A stretch of 64,000 nt of DNA from Camelus dromedarius (taxonomy: Eukaryota), in the NCBI RefSeq assembly GCF_036321535.1, contig NC_087436.1, positions 107,448,001-107,512,000 on the forward strand, written 5' to 3'. Shown here one piece after another: positions 1 to 13,449 of this stretch (position 1 is its first letter; each line of letters starts with the position of its first letter). The notes under the pieces were generated by a model. That model saw only the letters and a list, made by a program, of their open reading frames with translations, was not told the origin of the DNA and did no database searches. The translations under genes were made by a program, and so were the position numbers.

Positions 1-233
1 TTTTTACAGACTGCATAATATCCCTTGGATATATATGCCGCATTGTCTTTATCCATTCATCCATTGATGGACACTTCAGCTAAACACACACCTGCTCCAA
101 GAGTCAGCAAGACTGAAGAGATACAGAAGTCGCTGGAGGTGAAGCAGATCTGGCAAATTCCCATGCCAGAGGGTCAACCTACAAATCCTTAGCAACGTGT
201 ATGACCTACAACAGTGCCGGGTGCCCTGAACTT

Positions 234-461
234 AGTGTTGCCAAATTTAGCAAATAAAAATACAGAGTGCCCAGTTAAATTTGAAGTTCAGATTATGAGC
301 AAATACTTTTTAGGTATAAATGTATACCAAATATTGCATACAAATCCCTTTTTAATATAAGTATGTCCCCTGCAGTATCAGGACTTATTTATATCAAAAA
401 ATTATTTTTGTTTATCTGAATTCAAACTTAATTGGGCACCCTGTATTTCACTGGCAATCCT
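234..461. mobile_element. MER53-like palindromic hAT MITE
   Basis: Inverted arms agtgttgccaaatttagcaaataaaaatacag ... ctgtatttcactggcaatcct; matches recalled MER53 consensus. Confidence 0.85.
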
Positions 462-584
462 ACTTGCCCTGGCATTCAACGTATAAAAAGACTGATTGCT
501 ACTTTATTTTACCCTCCAAATCACACACAAAAATTCTCTTGTAGGTAAATCAAAACTGCAGTGAGTATACCCCCTCAAACCCAA

Positions 585-1995
585 CTAAAGAATGGAAAAT
601 AACCAATACTGGTGATGATGCAGAGAAATCAGAACCCTTGCGCCCTTTTGAGAATGTAAAATAGTGTAGCTGCTATGAACACAGTATGGAGGTTCCTCAG
701 GGGGTGGGAAGAGATAGACTGGGATTTCAAAATTGTAGAATAGATAAACAAGATTATACTGTATAGCACAGGGAAATATATACAAGATCTTATGGTAGCT
801 CACAGAGAAAAAAATGTGACCTTGAGTGTGTATATGTCCATGTATGACTGAAAATTTGTGCTGAACACTGGAATTTGACACAACATTGTAAAATGATTAT
901 AAATCAATAAAAAATGTAAAAAAAAAATTTAAAAATAGAACTACTATATGATCCAGCAATCCCATTTCTGGGTATATATCAAAAAAAAAAAAAATCAAAA
1001 GCAAGTTCGCAAAAAAATAGTTGCACACACATGTTGATTGCAGCACTATTCACAATAGCCAAGAGGCAGAAGCAACCCAAGTGTCCATCAATATATGAGC
1101 AGATAAAGAAATGTGTCATATACATACAAGGGAACATTATGCACTCTTAAAAAAGAAAATGCTATCACATGCTACAACATGGATGAATCTCAAGGACATT
1201 ATGCTAAGTGAACTAAGTCAGTCACAGAAGAACAAATACTGCATGATTCCACTCATCCAAGGTGTCTAAAGTAACCAAATTCATAGAAAAAGAACGTAGA
1301 CAGGTAATTGCCAAGGACTGAGGGTGGGGAGTGGGGAGATTAGTGTTTAATGGGCCTAGAGCTTCAGTTTTGCAAGAGGATAAAGTTCTAGAGATCTGCT
1401 ACACAACAAGGTGAATATATAGACGGTCCCACTGGCTTGACTTAATGATTTTTCAACTTTATGACAGTGTGAAAGTGATATGCATTCAGCAGATCCCACA
1501 TCTGAATTTTGACTTTGATCTTTCCCTGGGCTGGGATATGCCTTATGATCCTCTCTCATGACTCCGGGCAGCAGTAGCTGAAGCCCCCCATCAGCCACGA
1601 TCATGAGAATAAACAACCGATGCTCTTCCAATCATGCTGTGCCCACACAAACATTCCGGTTCTCACTTTCAGTACAATAGTAGTTTCAGTACATTACATG
1701 AGCTATTCAACACTTTATAACAAAATAGGCTCTATGTTAGATGATTTTGCCCAACTATAGGCTAAGGTCAGTGTTCTGAGCACGTTTAAGGAAGGCTAGG
1801 CTAAGCTGTGATGTTCATTAGGTTGGGTGTATTAAATGCATTTTCGACTTAGAATAGGGCTTATGGGGACATAACCCCATTTTTAAGTGGGGAAAGATCT
1901 GTATTTACCAGTGCTGAACTGTACACTTCATAAAGTTTAAGATGGTAAATTTAAAGTTATGTATTTATAACCACAATTAAAAATAAAATAAAAAT
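585..1995 (+). mobile_element. Old L1 (L1MA/MB-type) 3' end with nested younger L1 tail (~699-927) and DNA transposon
   Basis: Typical L1 3' motifs (atatgatccagcaatcccatttctgggtatat; gcagcactattcacaatagccaag) and A-rich ends. Confidence 0.85.
1420..1901 (-). mobile_element. Tigger5/MER47-type TcMar DNA transposon
   Basis: TA-flanked; contains gatgattttgcccaactataggctaa...ggctaggctaagctgtgatgttc as in recalled MER47/Tigger5. Confidence 0.8.
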
Positions 1996-2149
1996 GTAAG
2001 TCTCTTGTGGCCCATGTAGGGCCACATACAGGGAAGGAAATTCCAGAAACATAGCTCCAACTTGGCCAAATTGACACAAAACATGTCCTCCACACAACAC
2101 AACTCATCCATTTGAAGACTTGAATTAGATCACGTATTTGAAACCATTT

Positions 2150-2330
2150 TGTAGGTACATGTTAGTATCTAATCTTTGCTTTATTGTACAGTCTGTGCAT
2201 TTTCTTACACAGCAATTTTCTGGCCTGATACCATTATCATGTCACACATTATTCTTATTTAAAAACTCCTCATCAGTCCTTTCCAATAGCACAATTTTAA
2301 CCTCACCTTCCTCTCATAGGGCCAAGTGTG
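2150..2330 (-). mobile_element. Possible fossil integrase zinc-binding segment
   Basis: Minus-frame peptide NV*HDNGIRPENCCVRKCTDC resembles the VRxCxxC end of the HHCC domain; short. Confidence 0.35.
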
Positions 2331-2918
2331 GTCCACAACCAACTCCAGAGAAAAGGTGTGGATGAGCAAACCTTTGTGTTTCTGGAACAATTGGTCTGTG
2401 ACTCAGCATTAGGGCTCACTATGAGACTCCGTGGTTGGAGTGGGAAACCCTGTCTTTTGAAAATAGAAAAACTAAATTTTCCAGTGTTTCTACCTCAATA
2501 GGATATTAGATGTCAAAGGATTCTAGATGCTAAAAACAAAAATGTACCAGAAGCAGACTGAAAGAGAACATTTCAGAGGAGACAACAGCCCTGTCAAAGT
2601 ATGTCTGCAGTGCAAGCCACCAGCAGAAAGTATGAGCGCAAGAGAAAGGAGAGCGCTTGAAATGGGAGTGCCATGGCCTCGGGATGAGGGCATGCTGCTC
2701 AGGCATGAAGGGCGAGATGAGTGAGGAACATGGTCTTATGGGAAGCAGCCCTTTCACTGTTCACTTTTTTAATTACCTTTCTCTTCCTCATCACCTCTAT
2801 TAAGTTCTCTTGCTCTCTTCATTACTGCTCCTAATCTTTCTCCCTTTATTAACGCTCCTATTCTTCTCCTTCATTATCTTTCACCCTCAAGACATAAAGA
2901 ATACCCACCCTATTGACA

Positions 2919-3720
2919 TCACTTATAAGGAAATGGTCTGTAACATCTGAAACTAAGGGGACAATCATTGTGAATGAGTAGGACCACAATAAGACAACAG
3001 TCGTGATCATTCAAAGCTCTCCCCTGTAGCAGCAAATATTGGATACAGTCCTTGGCAAAAATTAGCCAGAAACAATATAGCTTAGACAGTATCAATATTT
3101 TACAATTCCCCCAAATAAGGGAATGTTTCATCCTTCTGCTTCCTGACCTCAACCAGATGTTACTTCTGTTATCTGGATGTGGTTCTATTATCTGCATTTC
3201 GAAGCCTTATATTTTCAAAGAGATCTAACAACAGAGCACCACAAGCTGCGAGGCACAAGGTCACAGTGTTGACCAAGCTCTGTAGATAGGTCATCCCAGT
3301 GGTTCGCAAGGACCTATTCAATAACTACTCTCAACAGATTGGAGATGCTCAATTTATTCTGATGAACAAATATCTAAATGAATAAGTGGTTTCAGTCCGT
3401 TGTGAAATTTTTGCCACTTTGTCCTCATAATCAGAGAAGGATTGCATCATAAGCTTATCATAAAGTTAAATTTATTTGAAATAAATAGCTGTTGTTGAAA
3501 TAAAGAACTGTTCTTTATCCTAAGAGTAAATCCCTCCTTCTGCAAAGAAGTGGAAAAGATTTACTATCTTAACGGATATTTCCAGAACTCTTCTTAGTGA
3601 ATAAACTGCCTTTGCTTGAGGAAATATCTTGTGACAGTTAAGAACCAAAGGGATGGATGTTAGACCAAGACCAAGCCTTAAAAGAGCTGAATGTTAAATT
3701 ATTCTGCATGAAATGAGGAG
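2919..3720 (-). mobile_element. Fossil Ty3/Gypsy RNase H-integrase fragment
   Basis: In order across frameshifts: GKNFTTD / KPLIHL / MTYLQSLVNTV (RNase H: GxxFxxxTDHxPL, IxYxxGxxNxV), then HSLIWGNCKILILSKLYCFWLIFAKDCIQY (integrase HxGxxKT...YFW...KD..Y; ORF 2919..3197). Confidence 0.6.
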
Positions 3721-4010
3721 AAATATTAATCACTTGAGAGAGGAATAAGAAGCAAAATTGGGGCAGAGAAATAAGAGGAAAGCAGGAGGTTAGCAAGATA
3801 AAAGATTCTCAGAAGTGGGGGGAGGGAAGAGGCAGGGAGGCTAAAGAACTTGGTCAGGGTTGTGCTATCTAGTGTTCCATTTGGTATCTTCACTTCTCTG
3901 CCATGTAAACTCTTTCTCTGTTTCCTTCCACTATCTCTGCTGTAACCAAACCACCTACACTAGTCACAGTCTTCAGTTTTGCCTACTGCACTCACCAATG
4001 GCATGAGTAG

Positions 4011-4034
4011 ATTGTTGTTGTTGTTGTTGTTGTT
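4011..4034. repeat. (GTT)n microsatellite
   Basis: Direct reading. Confidence 0.9.
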
Positions 4035-4559
4035 TTGGAAGAAACTGGGTTTTACCTTGGGTTGACTGTGAACAGAACAGAAAGAGGACATATTTAGAGG
4101 AAGAAATAACTATGAGAACATAGGCTATCTGGGAATTCAAAGAAATCTAGGCTAAAGAAGTAGTTTTCCATATGGCTTTGAGGGTGAGTTTAAATTAGAT
4201 TAATCTAGTCCTCAAGGGACTGGGAGAACCCAGCTGACATCTTGATTACATTTTATTGTTTTAAAATTACCTTTGTCTATGAGATGGTGGTAATAACCAT
4301 TCCTTTTAAAACATCTTCCCAGTGTAGTCGCCCAATTAAAACACTTTCCAGGAATTTCACATATACATGCACACAAACTTGGACACACCTTGAAGACATT
4401 ATGGAAAAATTATACACCAAATGGTTAATAATGATTATGTGGAAATACCAGGGATATTCCTTTCTAATTTTTCTTTATTTCTGTATTGTTTGGAGTTTTT
4501 CTAACAATTCTGTGTTACTATAGTAGTTGGAAAAAATAAGGATTTAAAAAATCTTTTTT

Positions 4560-6300
4560 AAAAGAAGATTTACAAATGCCTTACAAAAGTGACAAGTACA
4601 CCGTCACAGTGAGAGATTTTAAGACATCTCTCTCAACAATTGATAGTAAAGGGGATCAGGATTTGCCACCCCAAAATATGACACTTTGACATAAGAATTA
4701 TTTTGTGCTAAAGGCATTTGAATTTCTTAAATCCCTTGGATGTCTAAAAGCAGAGCTTCCCAAAAGAGCTCAATTGTCGTAAATCCCTTTCCCAGAGTAA
4801 CTCTTAGTCTTCTCTTCTTGGAGTGAGAGAGCAGCCCCACACCAAGACAGTTACAAACTATCATATTTCTATTCATTCTCTTAAGATCCCATTTATCTTT
4901 CCAAAAAATCATTTGCTATTCCAGAAGTGCCCCTTCTCCCCCTATTTTCCCCCTACTAATTCTAAACCACCCTTTGAAGGTATACATCTCCGAAAGCTCT
5001 CAAGTGTATGTACAATGCACATGCTAATAAACTTTTGTTTGTTTTTCTCTTATTAATCTCTATTCCATTGGCCTAATTTACAGAGCCCCAGCCAATAAAC
5101 CTAAGAAGGGTAGAAGGAAAAGATGGTTTCCTCCCCTACAACAGCTTAGGTAGGCAAAACAAAACAGAACAAAACAAAAAACTGCATGAATAGAGGACAT
5201 TTAAACAATACAATTAGCAAGCTTGAACCAGTGGATACATATAAAACATTATACTTAACAATTGGGGAAGACATGAAATGCTTACATAAATCCACATGTA
5301 CTAAATCATAAAGCAAATAAAATCATTTTTTAATAACCAGTAACATAAAACCACATTAGTTGACCAGAATATAATTAAGATAAAATCCACAAGAACAAAA
5401 AGAAATCATAATGGAAATGAATAAACATTTAAAAGAACTACCACCAACTATCAAAAGTTGACGGATACAGCTGAAGTGGTTTGTAGAGGGGAATGTATAG
5501 TCCCAAATGTATGTGTATTAGAAAAACAGAGAACTTAAAAACTAGGCTTTAAGCATCCAAAATAAGAAAGTAAAGAAAGAACTATAATAAACCCAAAAGG
5601 ATTTTTTTTTTAAGAAAAAGAAAATAAAGATAGGAAAAGAAATTAATAAAATAGAAAACAAATATATAATAGTGACATTCAACTTGGCCAAAAGTAAGTT
5701 ACATGAAGAGGTTAATAAAAAGACAGACCACTGAAAAGATTGCTGAGGAGGAGAAAGGATAAATAAATAATACTAGAAATTTAAAAGAGGATACAACTAC
5801 AAATGCAGTATGGAAGAAAACACACCAAGGTTTTAAAAATTCTTGACTAATAAATTTTAAAACTTAAGTGAGAAGCCAAACTTAAAAAAAAAAATTGAAC
5901 TACCAGAGCTGACTGAAAAAGAAACAGTAAACCTAAATGATCCTAAAACCAATAAATAAAATCACTTATTTAAAATCTTTCCACAAAGAAGCATTATGTC
6001 AGTTTTACAATAATCATCTATCAAATCCAATGTTCATTTCAATTTTACACAAATTCCATGAAAGAACAGAAAAAGTAGAAACAATTTCCAAGGCATCCTG
6101 TGAAGCTAATACAACCTTGACACAAATACTAGGCAAGGGCAATGCGAGAAAGGTCAACTGCAGACAAATCTCACATATGCACACACATGCAAAAACCCCA
6201 AATAAAATGATGGCAAATAAAGTGTAGCAATTAATAAAAAAAGACATGGGTTTCTTATAGGACAAGAGTCTGGTTCAACTCTCAGAAAATCTTGTCCTGA
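4560..6300 (+). mobile_element. Very old L1 ORF2 remnant
   Basis: A-rich plus strand with decayed ORF2 motifs (gtgagagattttaagacatctctctcaacaattgatag; EANTTLTQILGKG...NCRQISHMHTHAKTPNK). Confidence 0.75.
4647..5140 (+). mobile_element. MER34-family ERV1 solo LTR
   Basis: Starts ggatcaggatttgccaccccaaaatatg, ends ttcctcccctaca; AATAAA present; inserted in the old L1. Confidence 0.8.
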
Positions 6301-7221
6301 ACTGTGTCTGGTAATATGACAATTTTGGCAGGCAAGTGAGTAATAAGAGCCACTAACTGACCCTTCCTCTGAAACCAACTGAAAACTCAAGATGATAGAT
6401 TTTTTTAAATCATCTTCCAAGCATCAAAGCACTGGATGGAAAGTAAGTAACACTGTGACCAGAGGCAGAAAGAAGGTAGACACTCAGAGAGCACTGGAAC
6501 TTGAGCCAGCCTTAGATGTAAGAACATTCACTGAATCCTTGGTTTGTCACAGCCTTACAGGTATAGGAAACTAGGCCCAGGGCTGTAAAGAAAGTCATAG
6601 GAAATACTCACTTCCACAGCTAGAATCCCAAAGGGCTTCATCCTCAAAATAAAATGAAATAAAATTTTCATTCCATATCCTCGAGGATTCTAGAAGGAAA
6701 ATTGCTTGTCTGAAGTCTGTCCCTTTAGCAAAAGGGAAAAACACTCCTCAGAAGTTTTAACCATAACGAGTTCTTACACTGGTCTGCAGCCCAAGTTGTC
6801 TGAAAATAGGTGGTCCGAAGAACCTCAAGCAGAGAATCTTGTTTAAAGCCAACCTGGGAAAGGGAAGGCGGCGCTGATACGGTGTTAGATGGAGGGAAGA
6901 GAATTGATGGTGATTGACATAACCAAAGGCTAGGAGGGAAATTGGGAAGGAGAAGAAAAAAACTATCTCAGCCAGAGATAAAAGAGGAGGAGGCAGAAAG
7001 GGAGGAGTTGAGAGGTGAAATCTATAAGCCAGAGGGGAGTGTGATGGCTACAGACGGGAGATGGAAAAAAGAAGACATTAACTATTGTTGGAGACAAGTG
7101 CTACAACAAAGAAAACCACACCTCATGATTTTAATATAAGATGTGCCTACTTAAAATAATTACATTTTTGGAAGGAAGAAGAGGTCTCACCACCCTGTGA
7201 CCAGAGACCACCACATGCTTG

Positions 7222-7724
7222 TGTGAATGAAAAATATTGCCAGCCATTTCAGTAAACAAAGAATGCTGTGGTCATCAAGTCATCAGCCGCTATGGCCACC
7301 CCTGATAGTGAGCAGAGGGAACTCCAGATACAGACAAGCAGGCAGCCCAGCCTCTGCAACGACCTGCAACAGTGCATCCTGAGGGAACTCAGGATGTAAA
7401 AGAACAAGATACTGGCCCTAGATAGCCAGGTGCATATCAAAGGAATGATTTCAATGAGCCCAGACCTTTGCACCTTCCCATACATAGAAAAGCGCTAAAT
7501 TCCTTCACTTGAGCTATCTAGTTTTCTTCAATTAATAATAATCTTTTGATGTTCTGACCAGCTGGTCTTTGTTGCAAAAACTCATAGACCCTGGCCTCTA
7601 CCTTGCCACTCTGGAACAGCCTCTTAGAGCGGTCTGAGATGCTGTGTCCCTGGCTCGAGTCCTAAGGAAATCCGCCAAAAACATGACCCTCAACTTTTAG
7701 GTTGTGCTTTTATTTCACTCGACA
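7222..7724 (+). mobile_element. ERV1-type solo LTR (artiodactyl family)
   Basis: TG...CA ends with perfect 4-bp TSD CTTG (7218-7221 / 7725-7728); homologous to 44456-44894. Confidence 0.88.
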
Positions 7725-8449
7725 CTTGTAGCTCGACACAGAAAAAGGTCTTCATTTCTGTCTGAAGACCCCCTCCAACACTGCCTTGCGGTCAGCAAAG
7801 AGGGAAAGGGCCTCTTGCTGGTCAGACAGGGAAGATGAGGCACTTTGATGTTCAGCAGGGGAAAGAAAGATGGGCTTTGAAAGGCCTTTCTAGTATTCTA
7901 TCTGGTAAAATATTGAGGCTTTCTAAGGGAATACAGTTATTTGTGCAGAGTGTATAAAAATCAAGGATTTCTTTAATAATTGAGATTTTGTTTTTAACTT
8001 TTAGAACATGTGGCAAGCATTTCTGTTGATTGTGGAGGGGGTGAGTTCCACATCATATGCCCCTCTCGGGATAAACAGACCCGCCAGTTTTTACTCGGAC
8101 ATTTATCAGGCTATAAATCTGCATTTCCAAAGCTTGTAATTGTTCATTATCTCTAAATGCCCCTTGAGGGTCATAAACACAATAGAGCCAAGGAAGGAGA
8201 GCATTCTACTGGCAGCCACAGAATAACCAAGTGGTTTTTAGCTCTCAGGAGTGGTCCTAAGGTTACTCATCCATCATCTCCCGAATCTTTGAGACCTTGT
8301 TGTGTCTTCCCTCAGCCAGAGGCAAATGCCCCAAGATGATTGCCTTTTCCTACTTTAAGTATGAGGCTGACACAAAGTGGCAAAAACTAGGAGTCTCTTT
8401 CCAGGCTTTCCAAATTTTAAGTGTTGTCTGTGATTTAAAGAAATTTGCC

Positions 8450-9300
8450 TTGTTTTCATGGTCATTTTGACATAGTGAAGAGCTAGCGTTCACAAGTCTC
8501 TTGTTTACAATGCAGAGGTTTACACTGAGATGTGTGGATATACAAGGGTGATCTCAAGCACAGTTCAACTGCAGGGATAGCAAAGAGAATTTCACAGGGC
8601 CCAGTCCATCCAGGTGCAAGGTACTTTCAGTCCAGAATGCCTTTACCCAGGTCTCGTCTCCAGCTGGAAAGACCCCATGCTGCTGTGGAATAAATGCATC
8701 ACTGACCTGGTAGCACACGCATGTGCAGATAAGGCTCACAGTCAGAACAAGGCTTTGTGAGTGACACTTCCATGTTCTCCAGAAATAGGTTCTCCTCTTT
8801 GGAGAGAAACAGTCAGAATATGAGCTGGAACCTTTATGCGATGTTCAGGATAATTTCGGTGACCTGAGTTCCCCAGAGTACAGAATTGCAGCTCATGTGT
8901 CCATCTTGATCACTGGACAGTCCAGGCCACTTGTTTCCACATTCACTGAGAATATTTAGTGTTCCCTTAACATCAGAGTTTCCCTTCTCTACTTTGTCAG
9001 AGTGCCAAGGGTAGGAAAAAAATAGATTGATACTTGGTATTTGGGATTTCACATATACGGAAATCATGGCCTATAATATGAGAACTTTGATCTAAGTCTA
9101 CAATCCCCAGCAAGGAACCTAGTTCCAGAGCAAGTTATTCTTGACATTCATATTATTTGAAAAGTTTTGGGTATCCAAAGAGCAGGTACAGAATAACCAG
9201 GACATGGGCATATCCCCCTGGATAGAAAAATCATAGTCATTTTCTAAGTGACTAAGGGACCCCTCCAGCCAGTGGAACTTGTTGCACTTGTATGGCTTCT
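8450..9300 (-). mobile_element. Fossil ERV (class I-like) integrase
   Basis: Collinear motifs across frameshifts: GGYAHVLVILYLLFGYPKLF; DLDQSSHIIG; SYPWHSDKVEKGNSDVKGTL; FPAGDETWVK; LAPGWTGPCEIL...YIHTSQCK (GPY/F and WIHxS motifs). Confidence 0.8.
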
Positions 9301-9379
9301 CTGCTTTATACGTATATTAAATGGCAAAAATGGAGCAGAGCACGCCATGAGGTAGTGCTCTTTGGGGAAATAGAGCAGT

Positions 9380-9380
9380 C

Positions 9381-9414
<34 letters not shown>

Positions 9415-9430
9415 GCTGTTGTTATTGTTA
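9380..9430. repeat. (GTT)n microsatellite
   Basis: Direct reading. Confidence 0.92.
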
Positions 9431-10289
9431 TTTTATTATCTCCAAGAGTGTCACTTAGTGGAGTAACTAGAGTAGGACAGGAGCAGGGAACGAGACCTCG
9501 GGAAACTTCACTGGGTACAGCATACTCACCACAAAAAAAAAAAAAAGAGAGAGAGAGAGAGAAAGAAAACGGTGACTGTGAGGTGCTGAGTATGTTAATC
9601 AGCTTGATTGTGGTCACTGTGTCACAATGTGTATAGATATCAAAACATTAACTTGTATACCTTAGTCATATACAATTTGTTTGTCAATTTTACCTCAACA
9701 AAGCTGAAAAAAAGAATTCGGGCCCTTCTGTTGGAGAAAGATGTCATTTTCAGCCCTGTCCACTGACATGCCCAGGAGCAAGGTCATTATGTGCTCTGTG
9801 CCAAGGAGCATGGGGTCTCTCGGAAAAAAAAGCTGATTCCACGTTCAGGCTGGAAGGTTTCGCGTGAAACTGGGGCATCTAGTTGTGTCAGAAAGCTACG
9901 AAGCGTTCGAAGATTAATGGTGTTAAGTCAAAAGACCACAGGAACCAATTTAAAGTGTACTTGAGACAATTTGAGCACCAAAAGGAAGATAATGGCTCTG
10001 GTCAATTGACACGCATTAAACCTGAAAAACTGTTAGTATCTAATTTTGTACAAAAGAGAAAAGCTAACTTAAAGTGTTGAGTCTTATTATTTGATCATGC
10101 TGGCTTTATTGACTAATTTATTGCACTGTTAAAGAGTACAGGAAAGAAAAATGTAAATACTTCAGGTAAATGGATTTTCTGACTCAAAGGGAATATGAGT
10201 AGAATGATACCATAGGTTGTGACCTTAAATTAGACATGAAATATTCAATTTAAATTGCGTATGTATACTTTTACATTAATAATACATAA

Positions 10290-11100
10290 TGTATAATGAC
10301 ATAATAGATAAGTTATATATGTATATTAGTATTTCAAAGAGTTTTATGGTTCTAAGGATGAAAAAAAATGCAAGAGCCATCAGGCCCAAAGGATTTAAAG
10401 TTCTTCTCAGGATCCCATCAAGTGCAAGGTCTTTAAGGTTAGGTGGAGAAAGACATTTACTTAACTTGAAGTTCACCAACTTGAGTGAAAGGACTGCTAG
10501 GAAATTGAAGAATTAGATCATGGATGTAACTTGAATCTGTCATAATGAGCTAACTGATCATCTTAGAGTTATGACACCATTAATGTAACAAACAAAAACT
10601 GGGTTCAAGAAATCATCACATCAGAGTAACAGCATTCTTCCGCCATAAATATCTTTCAGTGAAGTCACTGATGAGTTATAATAACTGTCTTCCTTAGTGA
10701 AGTAATGGTTTTTCCAACCTGAGAAGGTTTAGAATTAAGCCCAGAAATGCTTAAGAAAACCAGACCTTTAGGGTTAGTATTTTCTTGATGAGACAGAAGC
10801 TGTGCCCGTCTGATACTGCTTATGCTAAGGGAGGACTCGGTCTAATGGAGTGATAGCCTTTTGACTAATTTGAAATGGCTCTTTAAATAATTTAGTCCTG
10901 CGATTTTAAAAAGTAATCCTCTCAAGTTAGAGCTCATCTAAGACATTAGGGTCACACTATTTATAAGCTTTGCTTATTTAGTTTATAAGAATTATTTGAT
11001 ACCCAGGAAAGTTCTATTTCTTGAATTAGTCAAAGGCAGTATTTAAAAGGGAAAAGTGTTAGGTAATCCAGCCGCAAATTTTCTTCCATCACAGAATGTC
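10290..11100 (-). mobile_element. Fossil Ty3/Gypsy reverse transcriptase
   Basis: Collinear: SYKLNKQS (DYRKLN), KGYHSI (GYHQI), TASVS (TAFxT), VCYINGV (YxDD position), NFKLSKC...LNPLGLMAL. Confidence 0.62.
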
Positions 11101-11799
11101 ATCCCTGTACATTGTAACCCATATTTTGCTCCCTGACACCTGTCTAACCTATAAATTGGAACCCTGATTCTTAAAAGGCTACCTACGCACAACAGGATAG
11201 TTAGTCTTCCCTGTTCATGGGCTCCGGCTGGACCCAGTGAAGTGTGGAAACACTATATTCAAATGTTGTTCTAATAACATGAAAATAAAGATAAGCAAAT
11301 ACTCCTGAAATACCTTAATTTATATTTCTTTTATTAAAGCACAATCTATCTTTCCAAAATGTTTATTGGAATATCCCTTAGATAATGTTCCAACTTTTTT
11401 CTACTTAGTGGAAATTAAATATCAACTGCAGAGATTTGTTGCAAAATGGACTCCTTTTATACCTATCAACACCAGCAAAACTAAAAAATATTTTAAAATT
11501 TCATGCTGATAAAAACAATCATTTCTTTTAATCGGGTTTATGTGAGTAACATAATGTCAATTATTTAGAAAACTTGATAGCCTATCATATCCATGTAAAT
11601 TAGGTGAACCATTTCACAAACTGAATATATTATCCAAGTAAAAGAAGCAACAACACCATGATATGACAAAGGAGACTGGTGATTGAGTATATCAATTCCC
11701 CGAGAGCTCGAAACGTGCCAGTTAAATCTAATTTCTGCAGCAACAAAAATACGTAGAAATGGTGGAATAAATCAAGAAAGGCTTAAGGATTTAATCCAG

Positions 11800-12322
11800 T
11801 AATGTGGGAAACTGAATCAAGCCACTGATTCTTTGACACCCCTTCCATAGACAACTAAATCTGGGTGGCTCTAGACTGACCAACAGAATGTGGTCAAAGT
11901 GACAATGTGCTCATTTCCAGACCTAGAGATTGGCAGTTTCTACTTCTTGGTCTCTTGGAACACTAGATCTTGGTGCCCTGAGCTACCATGTAAGAAGTCT
12001 GATGACTCTACTCGGGAAATTATGAAGGTGGGCCCTGAGACCACATGGAGAGACAGAACAAATTAGCTGAGCCCAGACTTCCATCTGTCCTCACCAAGGT
12101 ACCAGACATGTTCATAAAACCTTCCTTGGACCCTCCAGACCAGGTTAGCCTTCTGCTGAAAACTATCGAGTGAAGCCAGGTGGTACCACACAGGGTATAC
12201 GAAGCACTCAGCTCAGGAGTTTGAGCCCTGCCCAAACTCCTGACCCACATATGAGCACAATAAACTAGTAGTTTTTACAAATCGCCAACTTTGGAATATT
12301 TGTTACACAGAAACAGATGACA
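11800..12322 (+). mobile_element. MLT1 (ERVL-MaLR) LTR
   Basis: Typical MLT1 motifs and end (gagccctgcccaaactcctgacccac...tttgttacacagaaacagatgaca). Confidence 0.75.
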
Positions 12323-13449
12323 AGAAAAAGGAGATACAGTTTAAGATATTTAAAATGGGAATTCTACTTTCAACAACACTGCAGGCTACATATCCTGTAA
12401 AATGTCCCACAGTAAATACTGAATAAAACTTTACAAAAATTATTTTAAATGCATAGCTAAGCTCACAAGAGGATAAGAGTATTCAGAAGTGAAGGAGCCC
12501 ACGATGAATTTGGACTCGTGAGCAGCACTAAAGCTGGCAGCTGCCCAAGGACACTGGTTCTAAACAGCAAGAGCCTTGGGTTTTAATGGCTGAGAGAAAG
12601 TCTTGGGCCTACACAAAATAGGGAATTAGAGTAGAGATGCTGATTAAGCCAAGAGTCTCACAGGTTGTGCCTTGAATGAGAGACTGAACAGAAAAACAGC
12701 AGCCCTGCAAAGGGATATAACTGGGAAACTATTTTTGGCCTTCCAGGAAGGAAAAAGCTAAGAAGATACTTCTTCTGAGAATCTGTGAACGGAAGCAGTC
12801 CTCAAATGGATTTGGGGTTCCAATTCAAAACTCCCTACATGCTCCAAAAAAGGCTAAGAAATTAATTTAAAGTGGTCTGAAATTAGGGACAGACCCAGGT
12901 ACCTAATAAAAACACAGGCAACTCATTTTGATCTCATTTGACCTTTACTAGCTCTTTAAAGGCTCTATCTCCAAATATAGTCACATTGGAGATTACGCAT
13001 TTAGGGACACAATTCGGTCCATAACAGTCCCTGAATCTTCAGATGGAAATCAAACCTTAGAAAGCTGGGTTCATGATGCCAGAGTAAATCGCTTAAGTAA
13101 AACAAATGCAAAAATTAGTAAAAAAACACACACATAAATACCCTAATTCAGATGTCAACGTCAGAGTAGCTAACTTTAATTACATAACAGGTAAGACAAT
13201 AAGCATGCCATAGGATGCACTAATAACTTAAAAGGGGATTGGGGATCCTTCAGAACCTATAACATAGAAAAGAACCCTTGCTCTATTTATATCAGTAGTT
13301 TTTGTAAAGATGAAATTAGCTAATACATATCCAGCATTATGTCTTCCTTCATCCTTCATCCTTCAGCAAGAAGCACTAATTTCTAACTAGACACTCTTTC
13401 ATGCCTACAAGAAGTAAAAAGGAAGAAAAATTAATTTCATGGTCTACAA

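Noticed and set aside
9292..9636. ORFs with poly-Val / poly-Thr
   Set aside because: Produced by the (GTT)n microsatellite and adjacent L1 sequence.
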